From the NCBI RefSeq assembly GCF_000020025.1, contig NC_010628.1, positions 2,370,001 to 2,402,000 on the forward strand: DNA of 32,000 nucleotides, written 5' to 3'. Below the pieces are notes generated by a model. It did not search any database. It was not told where the DNA came from and saw nothing but the letters and a program-made list of their open reading frames with translations. Position 1 is the stretch's first letter, and each line of letters begins with the position of its first letter. Source of the DNA: Nostoc punctiforme PCC 73102. Lineage in GTDB: Bacteria > Cyanobacteriota > Cyanobacteriia > Cyanobacteriales > Nostocaceae. The position numbers were made by a program, and so were the translations under genes. Of the stretch, positions 8,713-16,798 are shown piece by piece.

Positions 8713-9627
8713 ATGAAACCCGAAATAGCCTTAAATTTATGGCAATTACTTTGGCAAGAATACAGCGCCAGAGTCAATCATGCCCGTACCTACCAGCAAA
8801 TGATAACTACTGCGGGTGGGACTGTTGCCAACGACCACATCGCCTTTCGGTCTTTGCGTTTATTAGTAGATAGTCCACAGGGTGAAGTTAATTTGGGAAT
8901 TGACTATCTCGCACAATTTGCAGAAGCTTTGGGTTACGTGGCGGCTGGAGAGTATAATTTTGCTCAAACTCATCTATATGCCCGTTATTATCGCCATCCG
9001 CAGCAAGAGGAATTTAACTTACCCAAACTCTTTATTAGCGAGTTGATTGTTGATGAACTGCCTGCTAATATTGCTCAACTCATCTCTAAAACAGTATCTG
9101 CAATCCCACACCAACTAGCCTCACCCGTTACTCTTCTCAAAAAAGACGCGGAGATTGAAACCATTGCCAAACAACTTCAGCAAGTCTTCACCCGTCCTTG
9201 GCTACCTCCCAGGCGTTCTGTTGTCGAAGAGGTCAATCAGGTTACTCAGTATGGGGCTTGGGTGTTGCTGCACGGATATGGTGTCAACCATTTTACAGGC
9301 TACGTCAACGGACAGAATACCCCAGAATATCCAGACATTGATACTACCGCTAGTGGTTTGGCTCATCTGGGTGTACCAATGAAAGCAGAGATAGAGGGAA
9401 ATGTTGCCTGTGGTTTGCGGCAAACTGCAACTCAAGCTGTAACAGAAATGGTGACAGTGCTAGATGATAACAGTGGCGTAGAAATTCAGATCCCTTGGAC
9501 TTATGCCTATTATGAAATTGCCCAGCGTTATCCAGTCGAAGTCGAGCCTGGAAAGCAGATACTTTTTGATGCTTTTTTAGGAAGTAATGCCCAGCAATTG
9601 TTTGAAATGACTCGTTTATCTAAATAG
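8713..9627 (+). CDS. DUF1338 / HglS-like Fe(II) 2-oxoadipate dioxygenase-decarboxylase family protein
   Basis: 304-aa ORF. It has the N-terminal ANDHIAFRS motif and the size and layout of the DUF1338 family. This is recognised from memory and not searched. Confidence 0.7.
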   Translation: MKPEIALNLWQLLWQEYSARVNHARTYQQMITTAGGTVANDHIAFRSLRLLVDSPQGEVNLGIDYLAQFAEALGYVAAGEYNFAQTHLYARYYRHPQQEEFNLPKLFISELIVDELPANIAQLISKTVSAIPHQLASPVTLLKKDAEIETIAKQLQQVFTRPWLPPRRSVVEEVNQVTQYGAWVLLHGYGVNHFTGYVNGQNTPEYPDIDTTASGLAHLGVPMKAEIEGNVACGLRQTATQAVTEMVTVLDDNSGVEIQIPWTYAYYEIAQRYPVEVEPGKQILFDAFLGSNAQQLFEMTRLSK

Positions 9628-9746
9628 CTCAGAAGAGGACTTTTCAAACAACCTCTAAACTCGACTTTAGCCATTTTGATCGCTATTGCTGAAACCTTTA
9701 TGGGACAGTAGTTTTACTTTTTTTACTTCATCAAGAATCTATAAAG

Positions 9747-9849
9747 CAATACGGTTCAGTTAAGGGTTATTGGTGTAGATAATTGGTATTTTAAGACGCG
9801 ATTTATCGCGTCTCTACATGAGGGTTTTGGGCTTATCTGAACTGTATTG
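9747..9849. mobile_element. 103-bp MITE-like element with 18-bp terminal inverted repeats and a 10-bp target-site duplication
   Basis: The TIR CAATACGGTTCAGTTAAG (9747-9764) pairs with CTTATCTGAACTGTATTG (9832-9849) at 16/18 positions. A perfect direct repeat ATCTATAAAG lies at 9737-9746 and 9850-9859. An internal 9-bp-arm palindrome agacgcgat-tt-atcgcgtct lies at 9794-9813. Confidence 0.65.
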
Positions 9850-9986
9850 ATCTATAAAGTGGAAAAAGTATTTGCCAAAATAGCTAAGGTTTTGCCGGAT
9901 AAAGAAAACTAAGTTCTTAATTTTGGATAAAGTCGAGCTAAAGCCGTAACAAACTCTACTGGCTTAATTACGAATTACGAATTACT

Positions 9987-12962
9987 TTACCGTGCATCGC
10001 CAATCAGCACAAATGGCGACCAATAAAAAGGATGACGATGGTCTGCAATTAGCTTCAACTTAGCTTTTTGCAAAGCCTCCCCTTTCGTCATACCCAGCTT
10101 GAGATTCTGATAAAAATCAACCATCAATAGCTGAGTTGCTTCATCATCAACCGCCCACAAACTAGCCATCACAGCTTTAGCACCAGCCCGCTCAAATATA
10201 TAAGCAACTCCTGTAATTCCTGCGCCATTAAAATTAGTATCTACAGCAGTTTGACAAGCGCTGAGAGTAATCAATTGTGTGCCTTGTAAACCTAAAAGAG
10301 CAGCATCAGCAATGTCTAGGGATTTATCAGCAAATAGTAACGTATTAGTTTTTAACTTGACTTTTTTGCAATCTTCAGTTTGAAAACAGCCGTGAGTTGC
10401 TAAATGCAAAAAGGAAAAGCGCAATGCTTGAGATTTAAAGTTTTCCAAGCTAGCTTTTTTATTGATATAAACTTCACTGTCTGGCAGTATTTCTTTAATC
10501 TTTGTGACTTCTAACTCTGCACCTGGAAGATTTTGCGGGTCACTGGTTACTGGATTACCAAATGCTAAAACAGCCTGTGATTTGCGGGATATGGCATTTT
10601 GCGTAGCTAGAGATTGTAAGGAATTATTGGAAATACGAGTGAGATAATTGACAGGATATTTCTCGATTAGAAATTGCTTAGTTTTACTGTCGTAAAGACT
10701 CTCAAAAGGTAAATGACGTAGTTTACCAGTAGCAATAATACTCAGTTGTTTAGGTGATAAAGCCTTAATTTTGTCTTCGATAGGACGAATAAGAGTATTA
10801 TAAAGTTCGCTGCCAGTTTCAAGGTAATCAGAATCACTTTCGTCTTGTACCTGGTTTAAGTAATCGCTAATAAGTTTATTAAACTTAGTGGGTTCAATAG
10901 ATTTTTTAATAACACTCAACTCACCTTTGGTAAAGATAAAAAAGGCGACATTATTAGGCATATCTCTCACATCAGTCAGCAAGACGGGTTGGACTATAAC
11001 TGTTCCTGCGGGAATGAAGGATGTCAGGTTTTTAATATCTGCGGGTGTAGTTTCAAATAGTTCTGCTACTTCAGGAAAGCGGCGAGAGATAGTTTCGGCT
11101 TCTGAGTAAACTTGTGCCTCTAATTGTCGAATTTGTTGGGGTAGGCTTTCGGATTGATCGCTTTGCAGTTGTTGTCGCAGTGCTTCCAATTGTTGATTTT
11201 TTTTACTCCAATCGTTAAGGCTCTGCTGTGCTTCTGGGTTGGCAACTTTGGCATTAATCAGGCGAGTATAATCAGCAAGGTCGGCTGTGGTGAATAGGTT
11301 AACCCATTCAAAGGCTTGAGCATATTTCTTTTGATTAATCAGGACATCGACTAAAGCAGTAGAAATTGCACTTCCACCGTTTTGCTGTAAAAACTTTTGG
11401 CGATTTTCTCGTTGCAAACCTCGGCGCATTTCTAAGCTGATTTTGAGAGATTGCTCTAAATTAGTAATGGCTTGGGTTGGTCGATTTGTACTTTGGAAGA
11501 GTACACCAATATTACCTAATGTGATAGCTTCACCTGCGCGATCGCCCACTGCATGAATTAGGGGGAGAGCTTGGTTGTAAAAATCGAGTGCTTTTTGCTT
11601 TTCTCCTAAAGCAAAGTAGACTCGACCGATGTTATTGAGAGTGGTGGCTTCACCTGCGCGATCGCCCACAGCCTGCCAAAGAGGCAGAGCTTGGTTGTAA
11701 AATTCGAGTGCTTTTTGCTTTTCTCCTAAATCGTCGTAGACTCCACCGATGTTATTGAGAGTGGTGGCTTCACCTGCGCGATCGCCCACAGCCTGCCAAA
11801 GAGGCAGAGCTTGGTTGTAAAATTCGAGTGCTTTTTGCTTTTCTCCTAAATCCGAGTAGACTCCACCGATATTATTGAGTGTGCGAGCCTCACCAGTGCG
11901 ATCGCCCACAGCCCGAATTAGGGGCAAAGCTTGGTTGTAAAATTCGAGGGCTTTTTGCTTTTCTCCTAAATCGTCGTAGACTCGACCGATGTTATTGAGA
12001 GTGGTGGCTTCACCTGCGCGATCGCCCACAGCCCGAAATAGGGGCAAAGCTTGGTTGTAAAAATCGAGGGCTTTTTGCTTTTCTCCTAAAGCGGAGTAGA
12101 CTAGACCGATGTTATTGAGAGTGGTGGCTTCACCTGCGCGATCGCCCACAGCCCGAAATAGGGGCAAAGCTTGGTTGTAAAAATCGAGGGCTTTTTGCTT
12201 TTCTCCTAAAGCGGAGTAGACTCGACCGATGTTATTGAGAGTGGTGGCTTCACCTGCGCGATCGCCCACAGCCCGAAATAGGGGCAAAGCTTGGTTGTAA
12301 AAATCGAGGGCTTTTTGCTTTTCTCCTAAAGCGGAGTAGACTCGACCGATGTTATTGAGAGTGGTGGCTTCACCTGCGCGATCGCCCACAGCCCGAAATA
12401 GGGGCAAAGCTTGGTTGTAAAAATCGAGGGCTTTTTGCTTTTCTCCTAAAGCGGAGTAGACTCGACCGATGTTATTGAGAGTGGTGGCTTCACCTGCGCG
12501 ATCGCCCACTGCACGATATAGGGGCAAAGCTTGGTTGTAAAAATCGAGGGCTTTTTGCTTTTCTCCTAAATCGTCGTAGACTGCACCGATGTTATTGAGA
12601 GTGGTGGCTTCACCTGCGCGATCGCCCACTGCACGATATAGGGGCAAAGCTTGGTTGTAAAAATCGAGGGCTTTTTGCTTTTCTCCTAAATCGTCGTAGT
12701 TAAACCCAAGCCAAAGCAGTGTGGTTGCTTCCAGTTTTTGGTCTTTAAGTTCCTGTGCCATAGTTGGAACTGGCTGTAATATTTGTATTGCCTTTTGGTG
12801 TTCCTGTTGCTGTGTCAGTTTTATTCCTTGCTCTAGCAGTTTTTCTGCTTCTTGCGATCGCGAGTTTTGAGTTTGTCCCCAAGTGGGTTGAGCCATCAGC
12901 ATTACTGTTATAGGCGTTAGATAAACGCCCACAGCAAAAAGACTGGTGAAAATTTTTTTCAT
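9987..12962 (-). CDS. Secreted TPR-repeat / CHAT-domain (caspase-like) protease
   Basis: 991-aa ORF. It has an N-terminal signal-like hydrophobic segment and ten 40-aa TPR-type units (LGEKQKALDFYNQALPL.RAVGDRAGEATTLNNIG.VY..). The C-terminal CHAT domain carries His and Cys dyad contexts (FLHLATHG and LITLSACQTA). Confidence 0.9.
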   Translation of the reverse strand: MKKIFTSLFAVGVYLTPITVMLMAQPTWGQTQNSRSQEAEKLLEQGIKLTQQQEHQKAIQILQPVPTMAQELKDQKLEATTLLWLGFNYDDLGEKQKALDFYNQALPLYRAVGDRAGEATTLNNIGAVYDDLGEKQKALDFYNQALPLYRAVGDRAGEATTLNNIGRVYSALGEKQKALDFYNQALPLFRAVGDRAGEATTLNNIGRVYSALGEKQKALDFYNQALPLFRAVGDRAGEATTLNNIGRVYSALGEKQKALDFYNQALPLFRAVGDRAGEATTLNNIGLVYSALGEKQKALDFYNQALPLFRAVGDRAGEATTLNNIGRVYDDLGEKQKALEFYNQALPLIRAVGDRTGEARTLNNIGGVYSDLGEKQKALEFYNQALPLWQAVGDRAGEATTLNNIGGVYDDLGEKQKALEFYNQALPLWQAVGDRAGEATTLNNIGRVYFALGEKQKALDFYNQALPLIHAVGDRAGEAITLGNIGVLFQSTNRPTQAITNLEQSLKISLEMRRGLQRENRQKFLQQNGGSAISTALVDVLINQKKYAQAFEWVNLFTTADLADYTRLINAKVANPEAQQSLNDWSKKNQQLEALRQQLQSDQSESLPQQIRQLEAQVYSEAETISRRFPEVAELFETTPADIKNLTSFIPAGTVIVQPVLLTDVRDMPNNVAFFIFTKGELSVIKKSIEPTKFNKLISDYLNQVQDESDSDYLETGSELYNTLIRPIEDKIKALSPKQLSIIATGKLRHLPFESLYDSKTKQFLIEKYPVNYLTRISNNSLQSLATQNAISRKSQAVLAFGNPVTSDPQNLPGAELEVTKIKEILPDSEVYINKKASLENFKSQALRFSFLHLATHGCFQTEDCKKVKLKTNTLLFADKSLDIADAALLGLQGTQLITLSACQTAVDTNFNGAGITGVAYIFERAGAKAVMASLWAVDDEATQLLMVDFYQNLKLGMTKGEALQKAKLKLIADHRHPFYWSPFVLIGDAR
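11521..12720. repeat. Ten tandem 120-bp units inside the TPR-CHAT gene
   Basis: The period is exactly 120 bp. Units 12121-12240, 12241-12360 and 12361-12480 are identical base for base, and 12001-12120 differs from them by 1 nt. Every unit contains GCGATCGC. Confidence 0.95.
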
Positions 12963-13003
12963 AAAATATTACAGATATAATCAGTTTCCATTGAGCATCA
13001 GCC

Positions 13004-13262
13004 GAAGCCGTTGTTAGGAATATTGAAGCTGTTATAAGATATACTTAAGCTGTTGTTAAAACAACTGAAACGTTTGTTACTAACGCTCCAGTTGCTATAA
13101 GAAATACTTAAGCTGTTGTTAGAACAACTGAAGCGTTTGTTATTAATGCTTCAGTAGCTATAAGAAATGCTTAAGCTGTTGTTAAAACAACTGAAGTGTT
13201 TATTATCAATGCTGAAGCCGTTGTTACTAATGCTGAAGCTGTTGTTACTAACGTTGAAGCGA
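13004..13262. repeat. Non-coding phased 21-bp repeat array (about 12.5 units) with an internal 63-bp higher-order repeat
   Basis: Units start every 21 nt from 13004 (gaagccgttgttaggaatatt, gaagctgttataagatatact, taagctgttgttaaaacaact ...). Units 3, 6 and 9, units 4, 7 and 10, and units 5 and 8 form three subfamilies. All six frames I read carry stops. Confidence 0.9.
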
Positions 13263-13296
13263 ATCGTGAAAAACGGCTTGCTGAAATAATTCACGA

Positions 13297-13929
13297 TTAA
13301 TAAGGTTTTGCCAGAATGGTGATCGTTCTTTGTTGCGAATTGAACTGAATTTCATCTACCACATATTGCCGATTTCTCGCCACTGACTGAATACCCTGCA
13401 ACTGTTCTGTAGAAACTACAGGTGGTTTCAGCTTCACCACCGCTTGACCCTGAGTAGAATTTTTGACAGTAAAAGTATTCAGGGGTATACCACTCCAAGT
13501 TACTAGTTTACCTGTGGGGCGATCGCGCTCACCCCGGATAATTTGCCGCCCATTGCTTCTGTAAACCAATGCCCCATTCTTAAAAACTACTCTTTGAATT
13601 TGGCTCAGAGGAATCGTGGTAGTTTTGTCATTACGCCGAATTGATAGTGCTTGTCCTTGTGCATCAATTCCTATGACTCGACCACTGCTTGACTCACCCC
13701 CTTTGAGCATTACTTCTGCTAACTCTGGTAATGCCACTGCAAGTTCTAATTCATCTGCATTAATTGGTGTCTGTGCCAACAAGAAATTTTCTTTCTTGAC
13801 ATCCTGACCAATTACAGTTTTGATGTTTCCTGCGATCGCTGCTGCTATTACTAAGATTGCTACAACCCATCCCTGGAAAAAAGCTTTCATGGCTTTAACA
13901 GTATATTTGACTATATTTAACTTTCTCAT
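13297..13929 (-). CDS. Hypothetical membrane-anchored or secreted protein
   Basis: 210-aa ORF with an N-terminal hydrophobic helix (WVVAILVIAAAIAG) and a beta-rich-looking remainder. I recognise no family. Confidence 0.6.
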   Translation of the reverse strand: MRKLNIVKYTVKAMKAFFQGWVVAILVIAAAIAGNIKTVIGQDVKKENFLLAQTPINADELELAVALPELAEVMLKGGESSSGRVIGIDAQGQALSIRRNDKTTTIPLSQIQRVVFKNGALVYRSNGRQIIRGERDRPTGKLVTWSGIPLNTFTVKNSTQGQAVVKLKPPVVSTEQLQGIQSVARNRQYVVDEIQFNSQQRTITILAKPY

Positions 13930-14020
13930 TAAACTTCAAAGACATATATATAATTTCCGTAAAATCACTAAAATAAGCTGATTATTTACCTGTAACAGTT
14001 TGCAGTTGAGTGGAATATGA

Positions 14021-14283
14021 CCTAACCCCAACCCCTTCCTACAAGGGAAGGGGAGTAAGATTTAAAGCCTTTTTCCCCAAAAGAGAGGGCGAGTAAAATT
14101 CAAAGCCTCTCGCTTAAGAGGAGCTACTGTGTACACACATCTTTGTACTGAGTGCAAAATCTGGCTTGATCCCCCCTAACCCCCCTTGAAAAGGGGGGAA
14201 CTAGAGTCAAAGTCCCCCTTTTTAAGGGGGATTTAGGGGGATCGAATGACTTGTGTGTACACCGTAGCCTAAGAGGAGAGAGG
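14021..14283. repeat. Cluster of nested palindromic small dispersed repeats (hairpin-forming, MITE-like)
   Basis: ccccttcc-tacaa-ggaagggg lies at about 14031-14052. A 76-bp palindromic element gatcccccctaa...ttagggggatc at 14168-14243 contains two inner G/C hairpins. An outer inverted repeat ctactgtgtacacac (14125-14139) pairs with gtgtgtacaccgtag (14253-14267). A related copy occurs at 22774-22835. Confidence 0.7.
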
Positions 14284-14338
14284 TCAGAGTGTATTATATG
14301 CAAACGAAAAACCCTACATTGTTTCCCCCATCTCCCCT

Positions 14339-15205
14339 ATGACCCAAACCCCCAACCCGGAAACCAATATTTTAGGTAAATTCACCAGTGTACTTGGCTT
14401 GCTGGGTGCGGCGCTTTTCTTTGCAGGCTGGATTTATCGTTGGTCATATTTCTACTTTTTTCAACTAGAACTCAATACCCTCGACTTACCTGCACAGTCT
14501 TTTTTGATAGTTCCCCTGCAAATATTTCTCGGAGATGGCTGGACAATCTGCAAAACTGCGATCGCTTTTTTTATCACTGCGATCGCAATTCAGGCTACAT
14601 TATGGTTAATTAAAATCATCAGTGAAACGGTAGTCTCTGCAAGCCAATTACTACTGAGTCGCATCATCTCTGCAACTCAATACAAACGCTCATGGACAGC
14701 TAAACAGCTTAAATCTTTAGCTGAATTTGGTTTTGGGCAATTGCGCTCAGTTGAATTTCTGCGATCGCTAGTCAATGAGATAGTAATAGTATCCTGGGTA
14801 TTAATAGTGATATTTTGGTTAGCTCGTTGGCAAGGCATTGCAGATGCACGACGAGACGCTGGTCAAAACTCTACTTTGCCTGTTGTAGCCTTAATTACAC
14901 CTGAAGAAAAGTTTGCTGTAGGGCGTAAGCTTGATGATATATTTACCGACCCTTCCTTGAAAGGCTACCGCATAATTGGCGATCGCGGTTTATTTGATGA
15001 CTTGCGAGGCAGGGAAGATAATGATATCAGCAATCTAAAAGAGCCGAGAGTCTGGCGTTTACTCCTAGAACGTGGAGGCTGGATTTATTTGTTTCGAGCA
15101 TTGCCCCCAAATGCAAAGCCTAATGAGCTACCGTCAGTTTTAGCTATTCAAGAAAGTGATAAGGGACATATCATTATTCGCAGTCCAGAAGTTTCTAAAA
15201 ATTGA
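14339..15205 (+). CDS. Hypothetical integral membrane protein
   Basis: 288-aa ORF with several hydrophobic helices in the first ~170 aa and a soluble charged C-terminal ~110 aa. I recognise no family. Confidence 0.6.
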   Translation: MTQTPNPETNILGKFTSVLGLLGAALFFAGWIYRWSYFYFFQLELNTLDLPAQSFLIVPLQIFLGDGWTICKTAIAFFITAIAIQATLWLIKIISETVVSASQLLLSRIISATQYKRSWTAKQLKSLAEFGFGQLRSVEFLRSLVNEIVIVSWVLIVIFWLARWQGIADARRDAGQNSTLPVVALITPEEKFAVGRKLDDIFTDPSLKGYRIIGDRGLFDDLRGREDNDISNLKEPRVWRLLLERGGWIYLFRALPPNAKPNELPSVLAIQESDKGHIIIRSPEVSKN

Positions 15206-15214
15206 GGGCAAGGA

Positions 15215-15251
15215 AAGCTAAAACACGAAATTTTATCTTGTGTTTTAGCTT
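15215..15251. terminator. Hairpin between convergent genes (12-bp perfect stem aagctaaaacac / gtgttttagctt)
   Basis: The stem is at 15215-15226 and 15240-15251 with a 13-nt loop, between the 14339 gene and frmA. It is AT-rich and lacks a clean U-tract, so the terminator role is tentative. Confidence 0.35.
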
Positions 15252-15323
15252 AATTTGACACAACTGACAGATATACTTTCCTACTGCTAATTTGATTTTA
15301 AGAAAAAGCTTTGAATCTAACAG

Positions 15324-16433
15324 CTAAAAAGTCACCACACTCCGAATTGATTCACCTTTGTGCATTAATTCAAAAGCATCATTAATTTGTTCAATCGGCA
15401 TCACATGAGTAATTAAATCATCAATATTTATTTTGCCTTGCATATACCAATCAACAATTTTCGGCACATCTGTACGCCCTCTCGCACCTCCAAATGCTGA
15501 ACCTTTCCAAACGCGCCCAGTTACTAATTGAAAAGGACGAGTGCTGATTTCTTGTCCAGCACCAGCAACCCCAATAATCACGCTGACACCCCAACCTTTG
15601 TGGCAACATTCTAATGCTTGACGCATAATTTTGACATTACCGATACATTCAAAACTGTAATCAGCACCGCCTTTTGTTAAGTCAACCAGATAGGGAACTA
15701 AATCACCTTCTACTTCTTGGGGATTGACAAAGTGCGTCATCCCAAACTTTTCTGCCAAGGCGCGTTTGCTGGGATTAATATCCACCCCGACAATCATATT
15801 TGCCCCTACCATCCGCGCCGCCTGGATGACATTTAAACCAATACCACCCAAGCCAAAAACTACTACATTTGCTCCCGGTTCCACCTTTGCAGTATTGATA
15901 ACTGCACCAATACCAGTAGTAACACCACAGCCAATGTAACAAACCTTTTCAAATGGGGCATCTTCCCGAATTTTTGCCACGGCGATTTCCGGCAGCACCG
16001 TGTAGTTGGCAAAAGTGGATGTACCCATATAATGATGAATCATCTGCCCATCAATGCTAAAGCGACTGGTGCCATCGGGCATGACACCCCGTCCTTGAGT
16101 TAAGCGAATGGCTTGACAAAGATTAGTTTTGAAGCTCAGACAATATTCGCACTGGCGGCATTCGGGAGTATATAGGGGAATCACACGATCTCCTGGTTTC
16201 AGACTGGTGACACCAGCGCCTACTTCCACTACTACACCAGCACCTTCATGCCCCAAAATAGCCGGAAACAAACCTTCGGGATCGTCACCAGATAGGGTAA
16301 AAGCGTCAGTATGGCAAATCCCGCTGGCTTTCACCTCAACCAACACTTCGCCAGCTTGTGGTCCCGATAATTGAACGGTTTCAATCGTTAACGGCTTACC
16401 TGCGCTGTAAGCCACTGCTGCTTTAACTTGCAA
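15324..16433 (-). CDS. frmA: S-(hydroxymethyl)glutathione dehydrogenase / class III alcohol dehydrogenase
   Basis: 369-aa ORF with [31 protein letters not shown], the structural-zinc Cys cluster [15 protein letters not shown], and the GLGGIGL Rossmann motif. It has a TTG start preceded by AGGAGGG. Confidence 0.92.
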   Translation of the reverse strand: MQVKAAVAYSAGKPLTIETVQLSGPQAGEVLVEVKASGICHTDAFTLSGDDPEGLFPAILGHEGAGVVVEVGAGVTSLKPGDRVIPLYTPECRQCEYCLSFKTNLCQAIRLTQGRGVMPDGTSRFSIDGQMIHHYMGTSTFANYTVLPEIAVAKIREDAPFEKVCYIGCGVTTGIGAVINTAKVEPGANVVVFGLGGIGLNVIQAARMVGANMIVGVDINPSKRALAEKFGMTHFVNPQEVEGDLVPYLVDLTKGGADYSFECIGNVKIMRQALECCHKGWGVSVIIGVAGAGQEISTRPFQLVTGRVWKGSAFGGARGRTDVPKIVDWYMQGKINIDDLITHVMPIEQINDAFELMHKGESIRSVVTF

Positions 16434-16510
16434 CCTCAGCCCTCCTATATATAGTTAATAGTTATTTGACATTCTCCACCGTGCTTCAAGACGGGAATTT
16501 TTTTACTTTT

Positions 16511-16670
16511 AGGACTTACACAAAACTACACGCCGTAAGGCAATACCCTGCGGCTACTCCGTTGGAGAATTCGTGTAGTAGCCGCTTCTCTACGAGACGC
16601 TCCGCGAATGCGTCTACATGAATTACCCTACCGGAAAATTAAGGTTTAAGCTATTTTTTGTGTAAGTCCT
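16511..16670. mobile_element. 160-bp MITE-like element with 15-bp perfect terminal inverted repeats (aggacttacacaaaa / ttttgtgtaagtcct)
   Basis: The TIRs are at 16511-16525 and 16656-16670. The interior is packed with short complementary segments (gcggctac/gtagccgc, agacgc/gcgtct). It lies in the frmA-avtA divergent spacer. Confidence 0.6.
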
Positions 16671-16798
16671 GACTTTGTTAAAATATCATTCTCTCGCTAG
16701 ATTGGTTAAGGCGGCGACAGCTGTTTTGGCAACGATGTAAACTAGATGTCAGCAGTAACCCTCAAATAATTTGTCCACCTCTCGATTAATACATTATT

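Noticed and set aside
9960-9986. aattacg heptamer repeat, and aaaatta repeats at 18113-18135
   Set aside because: These are real but trivial 2-3-unit STRR-like microrepeats at gene ends, with nothing beyond what the STRR features already listed show.
11521-13262. Possible CRISPR arrays (regular repeats of 120 bp and 21 bp)
   Set aside because: There are no unique spacers between the repeats. The 120-bp units are contiguous coding TPR modules and the 21-bp units are contiguous monomers. No cas genes are present in the window.
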